In this document: positions 20,501 through 28,450 of the stretch, piece after piece
Position numbering within the stretch: position 1 is the first letter of the stretch
Layout: each line of letters begins with the position of its first letter
Assembly: GCA_037481835.1 (NCBI GenBank)
Contig: JBBFKW010000001.1
Coordinates: 1 to 64,000, forward strand
DNA: 64,000 bases
Origin: Desulfosoma sp.
GTDB lineage: Bacteria; Desulfobacterota; Syntrophobacteria; Syntrophobacterales; DSM-9756
Direction of reading: 5' to 3'
Translations under genes and position numbers: made by a program
Notes under the pieces: generated by a model
What the model was told of the DNA's origin: nothing
The model's input: the letters and a program-made list of their open reading frames with translations, nothing else
Databases searched by the model: none

Positions 20501-23150
20501 CAAGAGAAGCGCCCTCGATCTTGAAGGGTTTTTTGATGAGAAAACCTTTGAGCGGGGATATGGAGAGGAGAACGATCTGTGCATGCGATTCCGTGCAAGA
20601 GGACTAAGAAGCATCCTTGACGATGCAACGTTCATTTATCACAAAGGCAATGCATCCTTTGGAGAAGAAGAAAAAAAAGCGCTCATGCAAAAACACCGGG
20701 TTCTCATCAACGAGAGGCACCCGGAATACACGGGCCTGGTGCGCGATTTTGTCCACTCGGAACCCATCAACGAGCTGAGGCGCCGAATCGGGCGGGAGAT
20801 GCAAGGCGTGGACTGCCAAACCCAGCCGAATAAGCGCCGTCTCTTGTACATCCTACACCAAGGAGGCGGGGGTGTACCGCACACCACCTTGGACCTCGTG
20901 GAAAAAATGGCCGCCGATCATCAATGCTTTCTTCTCACTTCAGACACCAAGCGTCTCTCCCTCTCCTTCTGGAGCCCGGACGGCCTTACAACCGTCAAGA
21001 CATGGAAACCCGCAAGGCCCTGGCACCCGGAAGACCTCTTCAACCCGGAGTTCCTGGCCGTCTACCGCGAGGTCCTCTTCAGCCTGAAGATCGAGCTTGT
21101 GCACATTCGCCATCTATTCAAGCACACCCTGGATATCTTCCGGGCCTGCGAGGAACTCGAGGTCCCCGTGGTGGTTTCCTTTCATGACTTTTACATGCTA
21201 AATCCGTTCGTCCATCTCCTGGACGTTCAGGGAAGGTTTCATCCGGAGCCGGTCCCCGCAGAACCGGTACTATGGCATGTTCCCTCGGGGCTGCTGCGCA
21301 CATGCCCCAACACGAGCGCCTTTGTGACACGATGGCGGGAAGCCTTCCAAAACCTGCTAAAAAATTGCCAGGCCTTTGTGACCACATCCAACGGAACCCG
21401 CGACGTGATCACCTCTCATTATCCTTTTCTCAAAGAAGCGCCCTTTTTCGTGATCGAACATGGCCGGGATCTTCCTCTTCCCGCCGGACTGGGCCGTCCT
21501 CCGTATCCCCATGAGTCCGTCAAAATCCTTTGCCTGGGAAACGTGGATTTTCACAAGGGCTCCGCGTTGATCGCCGAGATGTCGCGGTTGAACGCCCAAG
21601 ACGGAGGTCCCCTTGAATTCCATTTCCTCGGGACGATCGATCATCACCTCAAAGGCATCGGCCACTACCACGGGCGCTACAAACGGGAGACGTTCCTCGA
21701 GCACATCAAGGCTATCAGGCCTCATTTCATCGCTATTCTCTCAATCTGGGCGGAAACCTATTCCCACACGCTGACGGAGGCTTGGGTTGCGGGCATCCCG
21801 GTGATAGGATCGGCCCTCGGGGCGGTGGCTGAACGGATTGAGCGCACCGGCGGCGGATGGGTCGTTGACGTTACGGACCCCCAGAAAACGTACGAACAAG
21901 TAAGACAGATCATTGCGGATACCGAGGGCTACCGGGAAAAACTGGACATTTTGTCCCGCATGCACTTCAAGACGGCGGGGGAAATGGCCGTGGGCTACAG
22001 GTGGGTCTATGATGAGGCAGAAGCCCGCGCCCGAGGCGAAAGACGGCCGATCAGGGCGGCTGCTTTTATTCCGAGGGGGTTCAATGGATCAAGTTATGTT
22101 CGGGTGCTGCTCCCCCTCTCTCACCCGAGGGTCCGCCGATGCCTTTCTTCGGTCGTGCTTCGCAGCGATTTCGCCCCCGAGGTTCTTGAAAATTTCGCCG
22201 CCGAAATGGGACTCGATGCAGTGCTGTTGCAGAGAGACTGCTTGGACGCGGTCCGAGCCGAGACGCTTCTCGCCATGTGCCGGCGGCGGAGTATTAAGAC
22301 GATTTTTGAACTGGATGATGACCTTTTCAATATCTCCCGGGATCACACCGATCACAAGCGGTATCGCGAAAATCGGCAAACCCTGGAAACCCTGGCGCGC
22401 CAGTGCGATCGCCTTTTCGTCTCAACACCCAAGATTGCTGCATCTCTTGAAGTCTTCGGCCGAGAGGCAAAGGTGATTCCCAATGTCTTGGACGAGCGCC
22501 TTTGGCTTCGGCCTGTCGGACGCCATGAAAGCCATGCGGGCGGGAGCAACGCACCGGTGGAGGCTGTAACCGCAGAGACGGTGCGCATCCTTTACATGGG
22601 CACGAGAACCCACGGCGGAGATCTTCGTCTGATCGAGCAAAGCGTTCGGCGTGCCGCAGAAACGCTCACAAAGCAGTACGGGCTCTCGCTCATCGTGGAT
22701 CTCGTGGGCATCCTTCCTCCTGGAGAACGCCCGGAGATGCCGTTCAACGTCATCACGGTGCCCTCTGGTTTTGCTTATTACCCGCGGTTCGTTCGTTGGC
22801 TTCGGTCCCTCGGGCGATGGGATTTCGGCATCGCCCCGCTTGCGCCAACACCCTTGAATGAGTGCAAAAGCGCCTTGAAATTTTTCGAATACGCCGCATT
22901 GGGCATTGCTGGCATCTTCAGCCCAGTGGGGGAATACCCCGTCGTGGTCGAAGACGGTGTCACCGGAATTGTTTGTCCGACCAATGCACCTGAGGAGTGG
23001 GAGGAATCTTTGGTCAAGATGGCGGTCGACCCGGATTTGAGGAAAAGGCTGGCGGAAGGCGCGCTCGCGCGATTGCGCGAGCGGTTTCTCCTGAAAAACG
23101 TGGCCGACTCTTATGTGGAGCTCTGGCGAGAGCTTTGCCGGAACGAATAA
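17520..23150 (+). CDS. Giant multidomain protein: sulfotransferase + coiled coil + GT2 + two GT-B (GT4-like) domains
   Basis: PAPS-binding motif CGMHRSGTS and KDPR; GT2 VSIVIPVYN..IVDDAS..LLNSDT..YGEENDLC; GT4 ETYSHTLTEAW; terminal GIAPL..NECKSALKFFEYAALG. Confidence 0.88.
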   Translation: MALDNRESRQSGPQCLIVCGMHRSGTSMLSGCLHLLGMDLGRHLMPPSAGNESGHWENAEIALAHELLLRDLGCRWDMVGNLPEGWLDSEPAKRAHKRIAAIVERTFVGNQPWAVKDPRISRLLPLWFRILGDLDATPGFILMLRHPLEVALSLQKRNGFDLRKGHLLWFAYNRDALNALRRIRSLERRTEADARGETGKVFPTDDMDCAFFVPHSLDAPSVLVTYDEFLANPVAVLCEIERVMGFTFPRPVLENASAILDFVRPELRHHHKDNAKPQEDNAHAFSHFAWFYEHLRGVKSSDGQQPTEETATLANIVNELLGLVGDYERSEREVRRQKERRILAGTRPGDSLFAQVFFPSDHGSYDESRAARFLLPCSEWYDFSVPLTRPTVLRSHPLRIDPLNTRGVVIIRKIALVSAASAETLWKAETPEDFDGFRIQKDALRLPSPKGLFLMVSGSDPQLLLPPIPALPDEPMVLHVWLKAEWDQKMAAETWKEMEKRSARHQAEMEALRRDLERHRMSAERWRQVAEQAEKDMARREAEYGHAVADNTQLSTWLRKLHKDFCALKESKRRKAGNALIRFLKILVLRGREPLALDHMEKIFSEYAAWKEEKRRTPSNRGVTGVTRDDVYRHRHWMEQLQNDFDALQSSFRWRIGNALLRPLEILAFRWKVETAADHMRKIFAEFQAWRPIPGKEARDVECLRLWLRKLRNDVQALAHSHRWRLGNGIVTIIDYLLLRGRMPTAMDHMRAVLESFEKWDGDKAREKGTFRGTPECSTLTAHASTCLYELVLTPPDGEPQETDFPPDGSVFFEETGFLASVPYDRPVSIVIPVYNGLDDVRRCIQSIRRFTRCPFEMIIVDDASTETGVGDFLADLARDPRFKILRNERNMGFVASANRGMRASQHDVVLLNSDTQVTPRWLTKLKAAAYSSPDVATVTPFSNAAGAFSVPEAGRNSPLPLHLDLEEMHRIVERLSSHAYPSVPTGNGFCLYIKRSALDLEGFFDEKTFERGYGEENDLCMRFRARGLRSILDDATFIYHKGNASFGEEEKKALMQKHRVLINERHPEYTGLVRDFVHSEPINELRRRIGREMQGVDCQTQPNKRRLLYILHQGGGGVPHTTLDLVEKMAADHQCFLLTSDTKRLSLSFWSPDGLTTVKTWKPARPWHPEDLFNPEFLAVYREVLFSLKIELVHIRHLFKHTLDIFRACEELEVPVVVSFHDFYMLNPFVHLLDVQGRFHPEPVPAEPVLWHVPSGLLRTCPNTSAFVTRWREAFQNLLKNCQAFVTTSNGTRDVITSHYPFLKEAPFFVIEHGRDLPLPAGLGRPPYPHESVKILCLGNVDFHKGSALIAEMSRLNAQDGGPLEFHFLGTIDHHLKGIGHYHGRYKRETFLEHIKAIRPHFIAILSIWAETYSHTLTEAWVAGIPVIGSALGAVAERIERTGGGWVVDVTDPQKTYEQVRQIIADTEGYREKLDILSRMHFKTAGEMAVGYRWVYDEAEARARGERRPIRAAAFIPRGFNGSSYVRVLLPLSHPRVRRCLSSVVLRSDFAPEVLENFAAEMGLDAVLLQRDCLDAVRAETLLAMCRRRSIKTIFELDDDLFNISRDHTDHKRYRENRQTLETLARQCDRLFVSTPKIAASLEVFGREAKVIPNVLDERLWLRPVGRHESHAGGSNAPVEAVTAETVRILYMGTRTHGGDLRLIEQSVRRAAETLTKQYGLSLIVDLVGILPPGERPEMPFNVITVPSGFAYYPRFVRWLRSLGRWDFGIAPLAPTPLNECKSALKFFEYAALGIAGIFSPVGEYPVVVEDGVTGIVCPTNAPEEWEESLVKMAVDPDLRKRLAEGALARLRERFLLKNVADSYVELWRELCRNE

Positions 23151-23174
23151 AATGACATTTTTCCCGGAGCGATA

Positions 23175-24293
23175 ATGGGGACGATCGTTCTCCATGCCGG
23201 CATTCCCAAAGCCGGCTCATCCAGCATCCAAGAATGGCTCAGCAGGCATTCGGCAGCGCTTCGCCGCCTGTACGGGATTTTTGTCCTAGTCGCCAGATGC
23301 GAACAGGATTCCTCAGCGAGACCCACCGAAGCGGCTCCCCGGGTTTCCCTCACTTTGCACGAAAAAGGCTCTGTCAATTTGGGAAGCGTGGTTCAGCAGT
23401 ACCTGGCGCTAGAAGGCAACAAGGAAGGTATCACCCAACAATTTTTCGAACAGCTTGATCGAGCCGCGGACCGTTATCCTTTCGTGGTGCTCAGCGACGA
23501 AGCCCTTGCCCACCTTTTTCGGCGTTGCGAAATGATCTTTTTGCGGGGGTTGGAGCGGCTGGCGAGCCGGCACCACATCCGGATAGCCTACTACGTGCGC
23601 CCCCAGCACACGGCCCTCGAGGCCGCGTGGCGACAGTGGGGATTCCGAACCGGCTTGAAACCTTCACGATACCTGGCGGACCGTGCCCGGCAGCTGCACT
23701 ATTACTCCACATACGTGGCAATGCGCCGAGCGATTCCAAAGGTTTCCTTCACGGTCAGACCCTTCCGAAGAGACCTCTTGGATTCGGGAAGCGTCGTCCT
23801 CGATTTCGCCCACCGTTTCCTCAACTTGTCTGATTCACCCCTCCTGCACACCGACCTCTGGGTCAACCGAGGGTTGCCCCTGGAGATCGTTAACCTATTG
23901 CGAAATATACCGGCCGGGGTGCTCTGGGAATCGATCCACGACAACACCCGGCTAACGCGGTTGAAACGTATTGTAGGCCGCCTGGAAGTTCCCGAATCCG
24001 AAAAGATACAGAAATCCAGGCGGATCCTGCAACGCTACTGCTATGAGACTTTTGAGATGGACAATCTGAGATTGATTGCCGCATTGGGATGGCAAACGGA
24101 CCACTTCATCCCCCCCGTAGACCCCCTTTTCCAAAGCCCATTGCAGGATCTGAGCGCCCTGGACGCTTTGTGGAAACCGTCGGCTTCCGAAGCCGAGTTG
24201 CAGTTCCTCTGTACGCTGCTAAATCATATTCTTTCGGATGAAAATAAGGACGCGGATAACTTGGGACATCAGACTCAAGGACCCCGGACATGA
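23175..24293 (+). CDS. Sulfotransferase-like protein
   Basis: N-terminal LHAGIPKAGSSSIQ 5'-PSB-like loop; VVLSDE; YYVRPQ. Confidence 0.7.
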   Translation: MGTIVLHAGIPKAGSSSIQEWLSRHSAALRRLYGIFVLVARCEQDSSARPTEAAPRVSLTLHEKGSVNLGSVVQQYLALEGNKEGITQQFFEQLDRAADRYPFVVLSDEALAHLFRRCEMIFLRGLERLASRHHIRIAYYVRPQHTALEAAWRQWGFRTGLKPSRYLADRARQLHYYSTYVAMRRAIPKVSFTVRPFRRDLLDSGSVVLDFAHRFLNLSDSPLLHTDLWVNRGLPLEIVNLLRNIPAGVLWESIHDNTRLTRLKRIVGRLEVPESEKIQKSRRILQRYCYETFEMDNLRLIAALGWQTDHFIPPVDPLFQSPLQDLSALDALWKPSASEAELQFLCTLLNHILSDENKDADNLGHQTQGPRT

Positions 24294-24338
24294 AAACAAC
24301 TCGCGCAATCCATCCTGCCTGGAACTTCTCGGTCGGGC

Positions 24339-25340
24339 TCAATCTCTCAGTTTTTCCGGCCAGATTTCAACCTTGTACTTTTCAAGCAACTTTTTTTCCA
24401 GTTCGAGAAACACCTTGTCCTCTTTTTCTGTTCGCAACTCTTTTTCAATCCTCTCCTTGGACTCCTCCAATGATGTCAAAGTGGCCGGCATCCTCCCCTC
24501 AACTTTAAAAATGCTGTATCCGTAGCGACCCCGCATGACCGGGCTGACCTCGCCGACCCCTATGGAAAATACCCCATGGTACTCCGGTGCCATGGCATCG
24601 CGCGAAAGATACCCCAAGTCCCCTCCTGCCTCAACGAGCATGGGATCAGTGGAGAACTCTGAGGAAAGTTTCGAAAAATCCTCTCCCGCTTGGATTCTCA
24701 ACCGCAGGTTTTCGGCCAGATCTTTCATCTTCAACTCTTCCTGGATGGACGCTTCGGGCGCCACATAGAGGAAGATCTGCCTCAGCCTGAATTTCTCAGG
24801 GCTTTGAAACTGCTCGGGATGCTTTTCATAATATTCCTTTATCTCCTCGTTGGTCACCGTGACCACATCCTGCACGTTCCTCTTCACGTATTCCTTGGCC
24901 AGATAAAAATTGGCGATCCCCTCGATCGCCTTTTTCAATTTTTCGTCCCGCTCCAAACCAACCGAACGGGCTTCCCGAGAAAAAATTTGGATCCTAACCA
25001 GCTCTTTAAGAACCTCCAGTTTCTTGTCTCTGGCAACCTCCTTCCAGTTTTCTCCACCATTGAGTGCGTCCTTGAGGTCCTGGACGGTAATGGGCTTTTC
25101 TCCAACCGTGGCCAGCCGCTCTGACTCTGCCTCCATGGCACCCGCCATGGAGCAGGGGAATACATTGACAAACACCACGGACAGAAGAAGCCACCTGATA
25201 GACTGTGTCCGTAAAACCGATCGTCGAGACGCCATGCGGACTCCGGATTTCCCTGATCGATCTGCAGCTCGTGTTGGCCTGAAAAGGAGGAAGCCGGAAA
25301 GCTTCCTCCTCAACGACTTCATGGGGGCTTCCTTCGTCAT
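24339..25340 (-). CDS. PpiC/parvulin-type peptidyl-prolyl isomerase (PrsA/SurA-like); start uncertain
   Basis: FRLRQI, GEDFSKLSSEFSTD, GGDLGY and GEVSPV..YGYSIFKV motifs. Confidence 0.88.
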   Translation of the reverse strand: MTKEAPMKSLRRKLSGFLLFRPTRAADRSGKSGVRMASRRSVLRTQSIRWLLLSVVFVNVFPCSMAGAMEAESERLATVGEKPITVQDLKDALNGGENWKEVARDKKLEVLKELVRIQIFSREARSVGLERDEKLKKAIEGIANFYLAKEYVKRNVQDVVTVTNEEIKEYYEKHPEQFQSPEKFRLRQIFLYVAPEASIQEELKMKDLAENLRLRIQAGEDFSKLSSEFSTDPMLVEAGGDLGYLSRDAMAPEYHGVFSIGVGEVSPVMRGRYGYSIFKVEGRMPATLTSLEESKERIEKELRTEKEDKVFLELEKKLLEKYKVEIWPEKLRD

Positions 25341-25346
25341 GAGGTC

Positions 25347-26414
25347 TCAGTAGGTGATATACGTGGCCCAAACATCATGTACTGCGGTATCAAAGTAGGG
25401 TGAGTACATCCCCTTGGGCTGGGCGGTGTAATAGTAGCTGAAAACCCCGTTGGCGTAATTATTGGCCCCCGAACGGTCGGGATAAAACACTCGAATCCAT
25501 GGCCCTCCGCTGCACCCGGGCGTTTGCGAGGTGCCGATGCCGACGGTATACGGGGTGCATCCGGGGTTGTCGTCACGGGCCCACTCGGCTTCGGTTTGCA
25601 CCATCTCTTTGCCGTCCCAAGGACTGGCTGACGGATACCCGAAGGCGTCCCAATGCTGTTTGTTTCTTGTCTGATTCCAAGAAAAACCAAGGGATCCGAC
25701 CTTCGATGAGAGCTTTACCCCTGCCACATCATTGGTGACGACGAAACCCACATCACGGCACCATCTCCCCTCGTTGAACCACGCGGTGAACGTAATGAGC
25801 TTTTTGGCGGACCACGTTCCGTAAGGTCTTTGTGAAGGTGTGGACGTGTACCAACCGCGGTAGGCGGGAACGAACACCCAGTTGGTATGCCATTGTTTCT
25901 GGCCCCCCTCGGCCACACAATGGCCGGCGGTCAATACCAGCCTCCCCCCCACCGAGCTGCCCGAGCAGACGTAGTTGCCGCCGGAAACCTTTGTGAAGAA
26001 GACCTTTCCGACGGCTCTGTAGGGAAACGTGGTGTAGCTGCTTCGAAGCACCTTGTAAGTGGTGTGGGGAAAGGGGTAGCTGCTGGAAGCGGGCCCAATG
26101 TCTGATGTCGGAGTGGCCTCGGTGGAACCCAGGAGCTGGGAGGGTCTCCCTGTGGCCGAACTGGTGGCCGATCCGGGAGGGCCCGGGGTCTCTCTTTCCA
26201 AATCGGCGGCACTCACATCCGTGGGACTGCCTGGAAGGGCCACGGAATAAGGTATGGCGGCCGCCATCCTCTCGGGAGTCCAGTAAGCTTCGGCCGCAAC
26301 GGCCATTTCCTGCGGGACGGCCGATGACACAACGCCTTCGGCGGCCATGGCCGTACCGACCGTGGCAAAAATCGCCACAAGGGTTGCCAAGGCAAGAAAA
26401 GTGTTCTTTTTCAT
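25347..26414 (-). CDS. Secreted trypsin-like (V8/glutamyl-endopeptidase-like) serine protease
   Basis: Signal peptide MKKNTFL..AMA; propeptide YWTPERMAAA; TAGHC, D and GCSGGPW catalytic motifs. Confidence 0.9.
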   Translation of the reverse strand: MKKNTFLALATLVAIFATVGTAMAAEGVVSSAVPQEMAVAAEAYWTPERMAAAIPYSVALPGSPTDVSAADLERETPGPPGSATSSATGRPSQLLGSTEATPTSDIGPASSSYPFPHTTYKVLRSSYTTFPYRAVGKVFFTKVSGGNYVCSGSSVGGRLVLTAGHCVAEGGQKQWHTNWVFVPAYRGWYTSTPSQRPYGTWSAKKLITFTAWFNEGRWCRDVGFVVTNDVAGVKLSSKVGSLGFSWNQTRNKQHWDAFGYPSASPWDGKEMVQTEAEWARDDNPGCTPYTVGIGTSQTPGCSGGPWIRVFYPDRSGANNYANGVFSYYYTAQPKGMYSPYFDTAVHDVWATYITY

Positions 26415-26568
26415 TTTCTTCTCCTTTCCCAGTTTTGGCGTACGTCCCTCTAAAGCTCCACGAACCGCGGCACAAAGCCTCATACCACCTCCTTGCCCAT
26501 CTCCTTCACGTTCATGACGGCAGCCTGCTACGGGGCACGAATACCCTCGAAAGGACAAAGCTGCGCCT

Positions 26569-27585
26569 CTAGTCACCACGTCGACCCTTGCCACTTGAAA
26601 CGGCCCCCGGATCTCCTGAATCCACCGGCTCCGGCGAGGGATCCGTCGGCTCACCCGGACGACTCGGCGTCGCGGGCATCCATTCTCCATCGCCCCCATT
26701 TTCTTGGGTAGGCGTCAATGAACCGTCGTCAGACGGGACAACGTCCTCAACAATCTCTTCGGCCAAAAACAGCTCTGCCGTTTCCGCAACCCGGGAATCT
26801 CCATCCGCGAGGACGAAGCCGACACGTTGAACGATCTCCGCACGGTCAAGACTTCCCAACACTTCAACGGCGGCTATTCTCACTTCGGGATCGCTGTCGG
26901 TTAAAACCATCATCAAGTCGCCCACGGCTTCCTCAGCCCCCAAACTCCCGATGGCTCGCACGGCGCACAGCCTCACCAGGGCATTGGAATCCGTCAAGCA
27001 AGCGACCAAATAGTCCACCGAAGCGGAGTCCCCCATCCGGCCCAGCGCCTCGGCGGCAGCGGCCCTAACCAGCGCGCTCTCATCGCTCAATGCTTGGATC
27101 AAGGCATTCATGCTTCGCTCGTCGCCCAAGTCCGCCATGTCCTGAATGGCCCCCAGGCGAATCCGAGCTTCTTTAGAGTCCAGTGCCCTGAAAAGTTCAT
27201 CCAATCTCGCCTCCCGCTCTTCCTCCGTCGACGGAAACATGACGAAAGGCGGCCCGAAGGGCCGAAGACCTTCACCTTTTGCATTTCCTCTTGTGTGCTG
27301 CACGCTCAAAGGCGCCGTCGCGGATTTCCGGGTTTCTTTAAGATTTTTCCCGGCAGCTTGGGGGCTCGAATCCCCGGAGGTCCACAACCGCCCAAAAAAG
27401 ACAAGAGACAGGGCGGTCAGGACAAGGAGCAGCTCTCCATGAAAGGGAAGCCGACAATATCGGCGGGGGGCCATGGGCCTTGTTGGCATTGGAACCCTCT
27501 TCAACCAGTCGGCGCGACGAGGCGCCCCCCTGGGGGCATGTGACGAGGGCGAGCATCCATGCGCCGGCATTGCGGGCTGGAACAA
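26569..27585 (-). CDS. Membrane-anchored HEAT-repeat (PBS-lyase-like) protein; start uncertain
   Basis: TM segment, then repeated L.D....VR..A..ALG units. Confidence 0.8.
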   Translation of the reverse strand: MFQPAMPAHGCSPSSHAPRGAPRRADWLKRVPMPTRPMAPRRYCRLPFHGELLLVLTALSLVFFGRLWTSGDSSPQAAGKNLKETRKSATAPLSVQHTRGNAKGEGLRPFGPPFVMFPSTEEEREARLDELFRALDSKEARIRLGAIQDMADLGDERSMNALIQALSDESALVRAAAAEALGRMGDSASVDYLVACLTDSNALVRLCAVRAIGSLGAEEAVGDLMMVLTDSDPEVRIAAVEVLGSLDRAEIVQRVGFVLADGDSRVAETAELFLAEEIVEDVVPSDDGSLTPTQENGGDGEWMPATPSRPGEPTDPSPEPVDSGDPGAVSSGKGRRGD

Positions 27586-27781
27586 ATTGTCCGCCGCCGA
27601 GAAAACACTAAAGCACCATCCCCGCTTTGGTGCTTTGTTGGTCTCTGGGAGTTCGACGAGCTTGCTCGATGAGCAGTGGAAACAGAAGGCGCATGAATTT
27701 TAACGGTGGCAGCCCTCATTGGGGCTGTCTTGGGCTCCCGTGGCCTCTCAAGCACCGAGAATCGACCACAATTTTTATAGT

Positions 27782-27810
27782 ATTTTATTTTGCCCAACAT
27801 AAGAGGTCAA
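27782..27810 (-). promoter_or_regulatory. Sigma-70 promoter candidate for the HEAT-protease-PPIase genes
   Basis: TTGACC-N17-TAAAAT on the minus strand. Confidence 0.55.
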
Positions 27811-28299
27811 GAAGCTTTTTTGCGCATTTCTTTTCGATTCGGACGCCGGCATATGTCGGCCACCGACGTTCCCTTGCGCCTTGAAGGCCGGGAAACCCGA
27901 TACGTCTTGCCGAGCCCAATGGGAGCTTACCGTTTTGTCGTCAGGCGGCACGCCGTTTCTTGAGTCCCCCCATGACGCGGGGGTGCTGTGGGCTTTTGGG
28001 TAGACCAAGCGCCCTTCGGGATCCATTCATGGGCCCTTTTGGGACGAAGACATGATGGTGCGCGACGGCGCCTAAGCGCTCAATGGCTTGAGCACGTCCT
28101 TGGGCGAAATCGAAAGTGATTTCCCAAAGGATAGGCGCCTCTCTTCCGCGCTCAATGGGCGTCGCGGCCCATGGCAGGTAGGCCGAGACTTGATGGACGC
28201 GCATGCAACTTTTCTTAAAGATTTCCTTTCGAGGTGCCGACTAAAGAGACAGATGGGCTTGGGCTGGCTCGGTCAGAGCCACTGATCACTATAAAGGGC

Positions 28300-28399
28300 T
28301 TCGCCTGAAAAAGGCACACCGTGCGAAAGCACGGGCCGCAAAGCCTCCGGCCTAAGTCGTCGGGCAACCGACGATAGGGTAGCGGGGCTGCCGGGCGAG
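28300..28399 (+). ncRNA. Cyclic di-GMP-I (GEMM) riboswitch
   Basis: AAGGCACACC-GTGC-GAAA-GCAC-GGGCCGCAAAGCCTCCGGCCTAA..GTAGCGGGGCTGCCG; P1 TCGCCTG/CGGGCGA; lies about 50 nt upstream of CDS 28451. Confidence 0.9.
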
Positions 28400-28450
28400 G
28401 GTGCGTCTGGAAGACCTCCTCGCACGGAGATACGTGAAAAGGAGGTTTTC

